Below are positions 12,461-23,889 of a DNA stretch of 39,291 nt, in pieces (position 1 is the first letter of the stretch; the number at the start of each line of letters is the position of its first letter). The position numbers and the translations under genes were made by a program. The notes beneath the pieces are model-generated. The model was not told the origin of the DNA and made no database searches. It worked only from the letters and a program-made list of their open reading frames with translations. The stretch is from Priapulus caudatus (lineage: Eukaryota). The stretch is from contig NW_014577087.1 in NCBI RefSeq assembly GCF_000485595.1, positions 715,749-755,039 of the forward strand, written 5' to 3'.

Positions 12461-12472
12461 CGCGCCATATAT

Positions 12473-12520
12473 AAAACACGATTCATCGATTTCTCGATCG
12501 CAACCAAAAAGCGACGTTGT
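12473..12520 (+). repeat. 48-bp dispersed repeat, copy 1
   Basis: 44/48 identical to 37392-37439; both copies are followed by (GT)n. Confidence 0.85.
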
Positions 12521-12901
12521 GTGTGTGTGCGTGCGGGCGTGCGTGTGTGCAAATGTGTCTGTGCGTGCGTGTATATAGATAACTCCATCTTCACCCATAG
12601 CACGAAAAGGACATAGGGAAAACATTGCACCGTGTGTAATGGGCAAACGCGTTGCTTTTCGAAAGAAATATGACCGACCTCTGAGTACTGACTCAACACC
12701 AACGCGAGGTTTAAACTGCGTTGTAAACGTGTATACTATTGCAAATTGAAATGCATGTATTCTTTAACGCCGACCCATCTCAACTTCGAAAGCTTACCAT
12801 CTCGTGAAGCTAGTGGAAAAACAAACCGGGGCCAAGCGTTCGAATGCCGGTGGGCACTGGGTTCCCATCGCGTATAACACCTGTTCGCATTTTAATACCT
12901 T

Positions 12902-12939
12902 CAAGAGCATATAAAAAAGGCCTTCTTTATATGCTCTTG
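12902..12939. mobile_element. 38-bp palindrome with 7-bp TSD (P-superfamily-like footprint or micro-MITE, family A)
   Basis: CAAGAGCATATAAAAAAGG|CCTTCTTTATATGCTCTTG, 19-bp arms with 1 mismatch; ATACCTT on both sides (12895-12901 and 12940-12946). Confidence 0.8.
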
Positions 12940-14759
12940 ATACCTTCACAGTACAATCCGCGGAAGAAGCATGGAAGGCATGATTGACATTCTGTTGAGA
13001 GTAGCGCACGCAGATAGCAGTGGGATGCACGCGAGCGTGTGCGATTCGTCTACGTGTATCTGAAGCGCGATGGCCGCAGCGTTCGTAGACTGGCCCAGCG
13101 TCGTTTCATCAATGGTGACCGACTGAACGCAGTGATCGCACAGAGTCGTCCGACGCAACGACGTCGAGCCAGTCCAACGCCCGCCCGGACTACATCGTTA
13201 ATTCGAGACGCTGAACAAACAGTAGCAAAGCGGGAGGGGGAGAGATTATTTGTCAGCATTGGCCGCCGCCTTTCGCGCAGTACACGATATCGAATATTTG
13301 ATATACTCCTGATCATAACTACCTGAATTGCTTTTATCTGACCGGGAGTGCGTGAGAAATTCGCTGCTAAATCCTCGCGAATACGAGTTAGATCTCTTTA
13401 AACCTGCTCGGGTTTCTTCGCTATAGCTAGGCCCTGCGCGTACTTAAAAGTATTACCAGTATTTATTGTATGCAAATAGTGAAAATGCCTTTACCTTACA
13501 GTGTTATACTATTTACAAACATACATGTGCACTAAAACCTGTCGGTGAGCGTGAGTTTGATAATGACGTCCCAGACGAGAGCGGATACTCTGTTTTCCTC
13601 TATACAAATGTATGGTAAGGCATATCTACATTTGTACGTTTAGGCATTATATCTATATACATGCAGCGTTTCAGGGAATATTAAGTAAGAATATAAAATA
13701 GGGCATTTTTGCACATGGGAAAACGGTTCGCAGCTTCCATGGCTTAAGGAGGGGATAGGACCTTTAAGTCACATCGTGGTTGAAATGTCCACTTGTCCAT
13801 CCACCTAGACGCCATCGCAGCAAACGCACGAGAGCAAGTGTTGGGGTCTTGTGTTTCGCAGATATACAGCACGTCATGCATCGGTCAACAATTTTGAATT
13901 TGCTTTAATCATCGACGGATCTTGCGAATTCCCTACATCCCTAAGGAAGAACCCCCCTTAGAGACTTTATATTACTTTGCATATTAAGCACACCGTGATA
14001 ATAAAATTGTGTAGAATCTTTAACAGACTATGTAACATCCAAGTGTTCATATATTACATGCACATGGTCCAAATGGTAATCTGAAAACATTGACATGTAT
14101 GCCTATATGGCAGATTCGCTAGAGTAAGTACTCTTTTGTTAAAGAGAAAAAAATCCCCGTATTCATTTTGTATTCGATAATTCGTATTCGCTTAACTTGC
14201 GAGTGTGATATTCAACGAATATATTTCCCTGGATGCCAGCGGGTTTTTACTGGCGTATAATTTAGGGGCGCTATATCTTTCGTCAAATACAATCGGCCCA
14301 CCTTTGAATTTATGCCCCGAATTTTGGGTATCTGCGATGATATATCACAGAAGCAGTAACAGGATAAGGAGAAGCTATCCGCAATTAGCATAATTAATTA
14401 ATTCAGCAATAATAATAGTCTAATAGCTCGATTCCGTTTTGAAGTGCGCGTGAGGAGATGTGCGCGCAAGCCCCAAATATTTCTGTACAATCCACTAAGA
14501 AAAATAAAAACGTCGTCACGCGAGCTTCCCCCATTAAAGCATTACTTAATCGAGTTCTAATTAATAGTAAATAGTAAACGTTCGTCCGGTGTACCGACCA
14601 AGAACGGTGAGACGCGAGTGGCTGTCTCTCTCTCTCTCTCGACCTGGACTCTCCATGGACTTGATACGTCACACGTGCACATGTACGCAACATAAACGTT
14701 CTTTGATGCCCTTCATATTCATATTGACCTACGGGGAGCAAGGACGATTTTCTAGTTTG

Positions 14760-14798
<39 letters not shown>

Positions 14799-15660
14799 AT
14801 CTTCCTCTCTTTCTCGTTCTCTTTTTTCGCTTTCTCTCTTTCGGAGACAAACCGGGAAAAGCTACTGATGATCGATCCACGACCTATGAGATTCGTATTG
14901 GGAAAGTGCTGCCCTCTATCGGCCGCTCGCTTGCGGCCTGGGTGACGACTGTTGCTGACTAGCGTGCGGTGTGTACGAATGAGTGTCTAGGGCGTCCGTA
15001 GCTGCGCAGTGGTGCCGCCAAAAACAAGTGGCGGCGCTCGCGCACGTGACACACGATATGACTGAGGCGCGACGTCATCGCTGCGTTCGGGCACACACGC
15101 GTTCTTCGTGCATTGCTGAGACACAGACATGCTGTACATGTTACCCTGTTCATCGAGAGATTTCTGTGCACCGCATCACGCACGCACGCACACACACACG
15201 CATGCACGCACGCGCACGCGCACGCGCACTTGCGGAACTGTCAGACGTCACTGTGTGCGAGCGTGCGTGCGTGCGTGGGTGGTGCGTCTCTCTCTCTCTC
15301 TCTCTCGTCGCTTGTCTCGGGGTTTTCGAAAGCAAACGCGAGACGTTCCTGCGGTGCGCACACAGCGGTATCGACCTAGTATGCATAGACCCTGGCGACA
15401 CGCAGGAGCGTCACGGTGACCGTGCCCGCGGCGCGCACCCTCCACCCGCGCATGCGCACGCGCGCGCGACAGGTGGCGACTTCGCCGGGGACTCTCCTCG
15501 AGTTCTGACGACACCCGCATTTTTCCCCTGCTCCGCCGCCGCGCCCGAGGCGCGCGCGCGTGCGTGACGTCATCGCACCCGGGCGACGACGTCATCTCCG
15601 TAGTTCGGCCGCAGCGTCGCCGGCGCGTCGTCGTCGTGACGTCCCGTCGCCGGCCGCGTA

Positions 15661-15884
15661 TCACGCCTCGGCGCGGCCCGACGAGCTGGTCGGCGTCGGC
15701 GTCGTCGCGCGGCACGGCGTCTGCTGTCGGCGCTGCGCCGACGGCGAGCCGATAGGTGTCGCGCCGGGCGCCGTCGGCGTGCCGGGATTCGAGGCGCCGG
15801 AGGTGAGGCTGTGCACGGACAAGGGTCGAGAGAGCTGCAGTGCCGGAACGCTGATCGACACCGACTCCACGCCGTTAGGGCTGC
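15661..15884 (-). CDS. Probable terminal coding exon of an unidentified gene (Ser/Pro/Thr-rich C-terminus)
   Basis: Minus-strand acceptor ctcgtttttccag|GC, with a CTGAC branch-like motif about 25 nt upstream. The GC-rich, codon-like phase-1 reading is xSPNGVESVSISVPALQLSRPLSVHSLTSGASNPGTPTAPGATPIGSPSAQRRQQTPCRATTPTPTSSSGRAEA, then TGA. No family recognised. Confidence 0.55.
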
Positions 15885-15904
15885 CTGGAAAAACGAGTCG
15901 TAGG

Positions 15905-16000
15905 CCAGCGGTCAGCGACAGGGGAGTGAATTCCCGGTCAGCGGCGGGGCGGTGAACCAGCGGTCAGCGACAGGGGAGTGAGTCCCCGGTCAGCGACGGG
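15905..16000. repeat. 52-bp tandem duplication built of ~26-bp CGGTCAGCG(A/G)C subunits
   Basis: CCAGCGGTCAGCGACAGGGGAGTGA starts at both 15905 and 15957. Confidence 0.9.
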
Positions 16001-16083
16001 TGCTGGACAGTGCATATAGAGCGGCGCAACGGCGCTAACGGAAAAGCGTTTTTTTCTTCTCGGACATTTTCTAATTCTCAAGA

Positions 16084-16265
16084 TTTTTTTTCTATGAAAC
16101 AACGCAAGGCAGCGATGATTTTTTTCTTCGATAAACGCTAGGCAATAAATACTTTTTGCTCAGAAGAACGCTAGACAATAAACATTTTTTCTTGGAACAG
16201 CGTTAAGCAGAATTTTTTTCCGGAAACAACCCTCGATAGCAAATTTTTGTTCCTGAACAGAACCC
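16084..16265. repeat. Degenerate ~30-33-bp minisatellite, about 6 units
   Basis: Recurring T-run, then (C/G)...GAA(C/G)AACGCTAG(G/A)CA-like units. Confidence 0.6.
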
Positions 16266-17449
16266 CAGATTTCAGTGGGAACAACAATCGGGGATGTTAA
16301 GCTGCTATGTCGCTAACAAGCGGGGGAGGGGAGGGTGAAACAGCACTAACTACGCAGTGCAAACAGGGGCAACGTTTATGTACAGTATGTTAAATTCATA
16401 GTGAATTGGAAAAGGACTACCATTCTCTGCATATTCGTTACGAAAGGGAATTCATGGAAGTATCTAAGTACTAGACGGGGGATCTATTTTATTTTTACAT
16501 ATGTGTTATTTAACCCGGTGGGTGAAATGGGTGTATATGCAGGTTTGCACGCCTACATGCATCCGTTAAAAATCCTTAAACTATTTACGCACCAAAATCA
16601 ACGAAACCAAAACTAGTGTATACTTCATCTACGTATACATATTCACAATGTTCACACATTTAATCTACTTAGGTATCTACCGTGACAAAAAACACCATTA
16701 CTGCCTAGACGGAACTTGCCATTCCGTCAGATTACAAAACACACCTGAACAAATAAAAAATAAACAGCCTTTAAAGCGTAAAGCGATTCTAAAACCCATT
16801 TCTATAAGCATATCAACGTCCTTAACGCCTATGCCTAAAGCCTGCTAGTGGTCGGAGTGTAGATGAGTGTACGGGAACATGCACATGAAAGACTAACATG
16901 CGACTACCGACGTGCTAATAACATGACAGTTTCTATTCGGGGATGACATCCCCTTACATGCAGTTGTATTGCTACCTGCGTAACGGTGGCCTGCTCCGGA
17001 GTAACACAGCCTACATGCCACGATGCGACGCCACGTGTCGTGTCGCTACACGTGCTCATAACCAGATTCGCAAACCAGGGGAAACAACGAAACAACGAAA
17101 TACGCATGCGCCAACAACCCAAACAAGTGAACAGCCCGCGGCGATTGTTCAGATCGCCGCTCGTTCTTTTTGACTTAACGGGTAGCAACGTGCAGACGGG
17201 TAGCAACGTGCAGACGGGGAAGCTCACAAAACACGCGTTTACCGTGTGTAAAAGAAGACTTACAGCAAGCAAATGTGAGAGTGGCATTTTCTGAAAGTCC
17301 AATGCGATCACATTGCAACAGGTGGTAATCCAGACTCCTCTACAATAAATATGACAAAACATCGAACTGTGCACATTGATATCCCACGGCTGTCGTCCAC
17401 GCGACCTATCAAAACTCCTCGATTTGTTATAGTTTTAACAATGAGAAGC

Positions 17450-17451
<2 letters not shown>

Positions 17452-17526
<75 letters not shown>

Positions 17527-17531
17527 TGTGT
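17452..17531. repeat. (TA)n(GT)n microsatellite
   Basis: Seen directly. Confidence 0.95.
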
Positions 17532-18085
17532 CTATGTGCCTATTATGGCTATATAAGGATAGTGTGGAAACGCACGAACGCTGAAATGATCTCTATCGCC
17601 GCAATTTCGACGAAGACGTATTTTATTTTAGTTAATAGATTTCTTTAAACGGATTCAATTTTAGCGATTTATTTTATTCATTAACGCATGGCAATTTAGT
17701 ATATAGTAGGTATTCGCTGACGTAGAACGACTCGCTTAAGACTCCTAGCGTGACCAATGCTGCTGCTGCACTAGGGACCATCAGTACAGCGAATGCGACG
17801 GTGCGCGTATGCAAAATACGGGCTTCTCGTGCTAGTGAAGTGTGTGCGGTACCAATGTGACAAACACATCAGTGCGTAGACATGTGTACAGTACAAATAG
17901 TGATACTTTCTGTGAGCGCGACCGTGAGTGACGAAATCGCGTGGACACCTTAACATCCGCAATGTGACCGATTCGCCCCCTGGAAATAGCTTATAGTTTG
18001 CAATTACCGACGGTAGGTGCCGCTAGTGTTATCCATAGTAATATTACCTTACCCAGTAGGTCTCAGGGGAGAAATAGTGAATATA

Positions 18086-18659
18086 AGCCGCGTTCACACG
18101 GTCATGATTTGGCTCGAGCCAAATGGGCTAGATTTGGCTCGGGCCAAATCTGGCTCGGGCCGGTTTGAGTCGGAGCGTTCACACGTAGTAGTGCCGTACG
18201 CAAGTAGGGGGGAGGTAAATACTGTCTGTAAAATTCAAATTCAAATTCAAATAAATTTTATTGCACAAATATCTCACAGATACTTTGGCAGTATGTCGCG
18301 AGATGGCGTTGTGTACGATTTAGAGTGTTTACTTACGTTCCGAGTTCAATTATCAATCTTGAAAACGTGCATCCTGATCAAATTTGTCGAATTTTTATAC
18401 TGTTTTGGACTTTATTTCGTCGAAGTACACGTTTGACACTCGCAGCATCTACCGCTCAACCGATTCTACCGCTCTACCTCTCGCCGAAAGCTGGTGCTAA
18501 AATTTGGCTCGGGCCTGGTCCGACGTTTTCGATGGGACCAAATCTGGCACGGGCCTAATTAGGCTCGGAACAAAAACGTCCGTGTGAACGCTCGGCTCGA
18601 GCCAAATCTGGCACGGGCCTAATTAGGCTCGGGCCAAAAACGTCCGTGTGAACGCGCCT
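18086..18659. mobile_element. TIR MITE with 3-bp TSD (PIF/Harbinger-like)
   Basis: TIRs AGCCGCGTTCACACGG and CCGTGTGAACGCGCCT (15/16), with ATA on both sides (18083-18085 and 18660-18662). Subterminal AAAT(T/C)TGGC(T/A)CGGGCC repeats occur at both ends. Superfamily inferred from the 3-bp TSD. Confidence 0.8.
18231..18270 (-). mobile_element. Short LINE-like 3' tail inside the MITE
   Basis: Minus strand reads AATAAAATTTATTTGAATTTGAATTTGAATTT: a polyA-signal-like hexamer followed by a short tandem-repeat tail, as in CR1/L2-group LINE ends. Confidence 0.45.
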
Positions 18660-18690
18660 ATAGAAATAAGTTGTGGATATAGAAATCAGT

Positions 18691-18746
18691 TAACCCTAAG
18701 TCTAACCCTAACCCTAATCCTGACCCTAACCCTATCCCTAATTCTA
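18691..18746. repeat. Degenerate (TAACCC)n telomere-like tract
   Basis: taaccctaagtctaaccctaaccctaatcctgaccctaaccctatcccta. Confidence 0.8.
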
Positions 18747-19158
18747 AAATAAAACAAAATTATCCAAAAATAATAAACAATAAAATAAATAAAAGACAAA
18801 ATTAGCCAATCAGAGCCGTTTTTGTTAGCATTTAACGTGCCCTCCAGCGGATCCCTATCTCTCCCCTGTGCAAAATTTACATTACCTACATAATTACTGC
18901 ATACGTAGATGATTACGTATACACCTAACGTAGTAACGTTCATTTTTAATTTTACGTTTTTAACCCACAAAGGGGAAATCCAGAGTCTAGTATTCTCCCA
19001 AATCTTACCTACGCAAGTGCAAGTATTCATGTTAGCGCGTTTGTATCCGCCCCGTGCATGCACTGAAATGCTACGAAAATCTTTTATTCGTATTTGTAAA
19101 ATAAATTAAAGTAAAACAATTTGTATTTATTTAATATTTAACCGTTCTGTTGCTGTGA

Positions 19159-19253
19159 GACGGCCATGTGGAAGATAGGTCCGCGCCAATTTATTGTGTC
19201 TGTACCTAACATGTTTTACCGTCGTTAAATAAAGTTTTTACTTACTTACTACT
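19159..19253 (+). mobile_element. 5'-truncated LINE 3' end (L2/CR1-group-like stem-loop plus microsatellite tail)
   Basis: Nested pairing GACGG/CCGTC, CATGT/ACATG and TAGGT/ACCTA, then AATAAA (19228) and (TTAC)n. Confidence 0.55.
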
Positions 19254-21011
19254 CATAGCGGTGCCATAACTAACTGGTGTACTCGGGGAAGATCGGGAAG
19301 AAACAGGAAATTTTAGAACACGCGTATATTAATTTCATGGCATACAGCTGAACATTCGTTCCCTCCTGGCCCCACTGTGAGTGAATTTCCAACAGCAGCT
19401 CGTAGATTAAAGCACAAAATACTGGATTCCGAAGTACTTATGTTTAGGTATAGGTTACGAAATATAGCTGGAAAGCTTGCGTGAATAAAAAATAGAATTA
19501 GATATGGCGAAGTGTGTGTGTGGGGGATGGGAGTGCTAAAAAGGACAGGATTAGTGCTCGTATTATATAAAAAAGACAAAACAACTACGGCTACTTAATT
19601 GAAAGATGTAAGTGTAAAAACGTTCACGCCTTCACTGGCGAATGCGGGCAGGTGAGTAGAAAATTAGTAGAAATTAGTATACTGTTAGTGAATATTCAAG
19701 ACACGATTAGCACACGAGGGCTATACATCTCGTGGTCACCTGAAAGCTGGACTCACGATGTCACCAAATTTTTTGCGACGACTCAAAAACTAGCTAATCT
19801 AACGCCCGATTGAACAGCCTTAGCGGTGCGTGAGTAGCAACAACAATTAGGTGGATTAGTAAAAGACAAACCTATGGAGCGCTTAGCTTTGGTAGGTGAT
19901 CCGTGGCCAATGTCAACTAGACGGGGCGGGGATTTTTCTACATTGCTTTGCGGCCGTGTGCGGGGCAACGAGTCTTCACGGTTTTCTGAGTGGTTAAACA
20001 TCAGCATAGGAATAGACTCCTCACCGTTGCCTAAAGCGAGTACACAAACAGAAAGCTTTGTAGTTGTAACGTGACTGATGAGGAGACACGAGAATCAACT
20101 GCTCACGTCACCTCTACCTCGGGGTTGCTCCGTCTGCCACGGCCCGTGTGATTTTAGGGCGTACGTAGGCCTACTCGCTTTCCACGAATGTATTCGACGC
20201 TGCATGATTGCTCTCGGCGTTACGTCGAACCCACCCAGCCAAAGAACCTTACGCCACTGAAAAAGTAGCGCGATCGCGACGTCACGGCACTAAGGCTGCG
20301 GCATTCTGGGTTCGATGTTGCAAAGCACGTTTGTCCGTGACGTCAGTCAATAGGAACGACGATTTCGATAGATTATTTACGCCGGTTTATCGTGATAGAC
20401 GTCGACCTATGGTAAACGCCCTTCAAACATTGCGCATGGGCAATGAAAGTCAAATCCCCATGCGCATGCGCAATGTGTCACGTGCCATGTTAGACACGCT
20501 CATGCCCATGCGCGATGTACAAGGGGGTTAGGCCGTTAGCCATACGAAGGACGTCTAGCACGCTACATTGGCAATGACCCGGTGCTTTCTGCGCATGCGC
20601 GATCAACCATCGATATCACGTCGCGGCGTCCATTTTTGTTCTACTTTGGTCAATTTCGAAACAAGCAATTTCTCAATTAATCGTTGCGTAAATATTAAAA
20701 GCGTGCATGTAAAATTTTTGTAAGGAGCAACCCAGAGGCGTGGTGACGTACGTAGCTAACCCACGAGCGCGTTCGGGGTAAACGCTAAGGGAGACACGCA
20801 CGCACGCACGCACGCGTACGGACGCAAGCACGCACGCACGCACGCACGCACGCACGCGTACGGACGCACGTACGCTGTTAGTATTTGAGCAATAGACGTG
20901 TGCATGCAACGCGCACACACAAACTCACCAACTGACAGGTCACCACTTACCAGATCAGACAGTTAATATACAGGCCAAAGCACAAACAAACGCGCAAATA
21001 CAACAGCACTG

Positions 21012-21099
<88 letters not shown>
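21012..21099. repeat. (TA)n(CA)n microsatellite
   Basis: Seen directly. Confidence 0.95.
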
Positions 21100-21101
<2 letters not shown>

Positions 21102-21994
21102 AGACATAGATAGATATATGTACTTCTGAAAGTGCTCACGTTGTTACTGAGATAAATATCGCGCACTATATCACTGGGATCATAACAGCGAGATCGCTAT
21201 CCGCCCCGTCAGTTTTCCCTGTGCGCGACAGTTCTCTTTGCATGGTTGCAAATTGTAAACAGCGAAAAAGCTATCGACAATCCACGGAATATAGCTTAAC
21301 GCCGATACAATTATCAAGAAGAAGGGAAACGTGAGCTCTTCCATGTACATAAGAGGCCTGGATAGCGGGATAACCTTTGCAATTGTATTTGAGCAAATCA
21401 CGTATACAAGAGAAAATCACATCTAACACGATTTTGTTTCTAAGATAATGCGCGCTAAATCTTTCTAGCTATTTCACAGAAATCATGTAAACTGGTCAAT
21501 TCGACGTGCAGTACCCGGAAAGATACATAACAGTACACGCGCGAATACACGCACATCACTGTACAGAGAGAGAGGCGCTCTAAAGGCGGCCGATATGATC
21601 AGCATTCTTAAAGCGCCTTTCAACAATGCTACACGTTCATTAAGAAAACACGCAGCCACGCTGTAACTTGCGGGGGCAGGTGGGCGAACAATGCACGCGG
21701 GGCTGGCGTATGCAAATTACACATGAACGATCGACGCATTCTGCGGTGTCGTATTTCCTAGCGCTTTGCTGAAAAGAAAAATGGAGTATTAGAGCCATCT
21801 AATGAAATCAAATTCGATGCTTTATCGGTGCGAACCATCCACGCGTCCGATCCGCTCTCCGCCTTTGGTATTTAAATCTTCCATAAACAGACTATAGCTC
21901 GCCGACGCACATCCTGGCGCTATACATGTAGGCACCTCCTGTGATGCACACGTGCCTCTCGTCCTCTTTCTCTAGCCCACGGGGCTACATCAAT

Positions 21995-22001
21995 GAGAGA
22001 T

Positions 22002-22099
<98 letters not shown>
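21995..22099. repeat. (GA)n microsatellite running into an N gap
   Basis: Seen directly. Confidence 0.95.
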
Positions 22100-22100
<1 letters not shown>

Positions 22101-22177
22101 NNNNNNNNNNNNNNNNNNNNNNNNNNNNNNNNNNNNNNNNNNNNNNNNNNNNNNNNNNNNNNNNNNNNNNNNNNNNN

Positions 22178-22883
22178 ATTGATATATATATATATATATA
22201 TAATAGCCTAAACTGAACCGCGACCGCGACCGTATATTAGGTGGGAGCGGAGTGACGTCACTTCCCCTTAGTAACCTGTCGATAAAATATCATATTTAGA
22301 TAGTAACGTTGAATAAAATTGCAAATCCAGACATTTTTCAACGTCGTTTCAACGTTGATTGTCGACGTTGTTTCAACGTTGTTTCAACGTCTTTTGCCCG
22401 CTGGGAGCTAGTTTATGGCATGTAAACTCAGGGGCGGATCTAGGGGGGTGTCCGGGTGGTCCTGGCCCCCTTTAATTTTAAAGTGCCCTAAAAAATTTCA
22501 TCCCAATTTTTTAGGGCTAGTTTTTCTGATAGAATATATTTCATAATTTTGCAAAAATTAGGCATGTAGAATAGGGAGGAGGTATTCTAGCATAAATTTA
22601 TATGATAATATTTCATCAGTATACCTCTCTTGAGAAATAGGAAGAAGACCTCGCATGTAAGGTGCCCGCTGCATATACCAGTCAGTACACAATTTGGCTA
22701 CGTTAGTGTGTTAGCGCATGCGCAATATCTCACCAGAGGAGTTATATTTTGTGATGGATATGCATGGATGGTTAGGGGATATCTCAGCATAGATTTATGA
22801 ATTAAATTGTTATCATTAGACCTGTGTCTATGATTGGGAGAACGCCCTAGCCAGTGGGAAGCAAAACTACTAACTCATCTCCT
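22178..22883 (+). mobile_element. Partial second copy of the hAT-like/satellite composite
   Basis: Colinear with about 6270-6990: the same module end, CAGGGGCGGATCTAGG at 22429, and the start of the first satellite unit. It has its own substitutions and indels and is bounded by N gaps. Confidence 0.85.
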
Positions 22884-22965
22884 NNNNNNNNNNNNNNNNN
22901 NNNNNNNNNNNNNNNNNNNNNNNNNNNNNNNNNNNNNNNNNNNNNNNNNNNNNNNNNNNNNNNNN

Positions 22966-23017
<52 letters not shown>

Positions 23018-23817
23018 AAAACTGATACATATATATATATAGTGTGAGATTTTGCGATGGAAATCGGACCTCTCGGACATGCAAGCGGTGAAGTACAAAT
23101 AGGTACGACCGTAAAATAATTAGCTGGACTCGACCTTATTAGGCCATGCACGGATCCTCTGTTCTAACGGACAGGCATCGCAGCCGCTGTGACGCGTGAC
23201 GAGCGCACGTCTGTCTACACGGCGACTGTGACGTCACATCGCTCGTGGCGTCACGCGAAAGCCCGCCCCGATATTGCAAATGTTATCAGGTCATTGAAAA
23301 CTCCCGTTATTATTTCTCTCCCCTCTGCGCCACGGCGATCCGTGTATATACATCCAACTTCGCTTCGGTATATTAATCAGAGGGCGAGTAGGCGGAGAGC
23401 TCCCGTGCCTGTTTATATATAGGACTGTGTTCAGTCCCCTGACAAATAAATAAATATCCTGGTTAGAGGCGAGAGGGGGGTATTGTTGCTAGAAGCCGCA
23501 GAGCCGTGTGTGCATGTGTGTGTGGAGGGGGGGGCGTGCGTGCGCGTGCGCGCGTGGGCACAATTACACGGCAAGACCAATCTCACTTTCCTTGCGTCTT
23601 TAATGCAAATTCGTGCACTCTAGTGTCGAATAGTATTGCAAAAAATATCCTTCCAAAAATTCAAAAGAAGGCCTTCTCCAGACCCGAATTAACGCAACAT
23701 TTGGTGAACATTTGGCGGAAGACTACTCGCTGTATGCGTGCCTCCTATATAAACCGAACTTGCCTTCTCGCGAACGTGTGTAACGTGGTGACCCCTGGTT
23801 GCGAAGAAACCAATTAC

Positions 23818-23889
23818 CTCGCAGACACGATTTAGCCAGGGTACCCCCGTCGCGGCAGGGAATGGCAGGCGCGGGAAGGCAGCCACAGT
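23818..23889 (-). CDS. Candidate 72-nt internal (cassette) exon of the minus-strand gene
   Basis: Minus strand reads CTAAC x3, ctcaag|...CTGCGAG|gtaatt; length divisible by 3; open in phase 1 (xCGCLPAPAIPCRDGGTLAKSCLR) and phase 0 (TVAAFPRLPFPAATGVPWLNRVCE). The polypyrimidine tract is weak. Confidence 0.3.

Noticed and set aside
12798..12880. Minus-strand segment bounded by aacag| and |gtaagc
   Set aside because: 83 nt, poor polypyrimidine tract, no protein-like frame, and it lies downstream of the proposed stop codon.
16464..16474. CTAAGTACTAG, resembling the miR-252 5' end
   Set aside because: The match stops after 11 nt and there is no precursor hairpin. No conserved miRNA, tRNA or rRNA was recognised by eye anywhere; a covariance-model search was not possible.
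20253..20256. Possible 4-nt microexon on minus (tttttcag|TGGC|gtaagg)
   Set aside because: Frame-shifting length; expected by chance in 39 kb; no supporting context.
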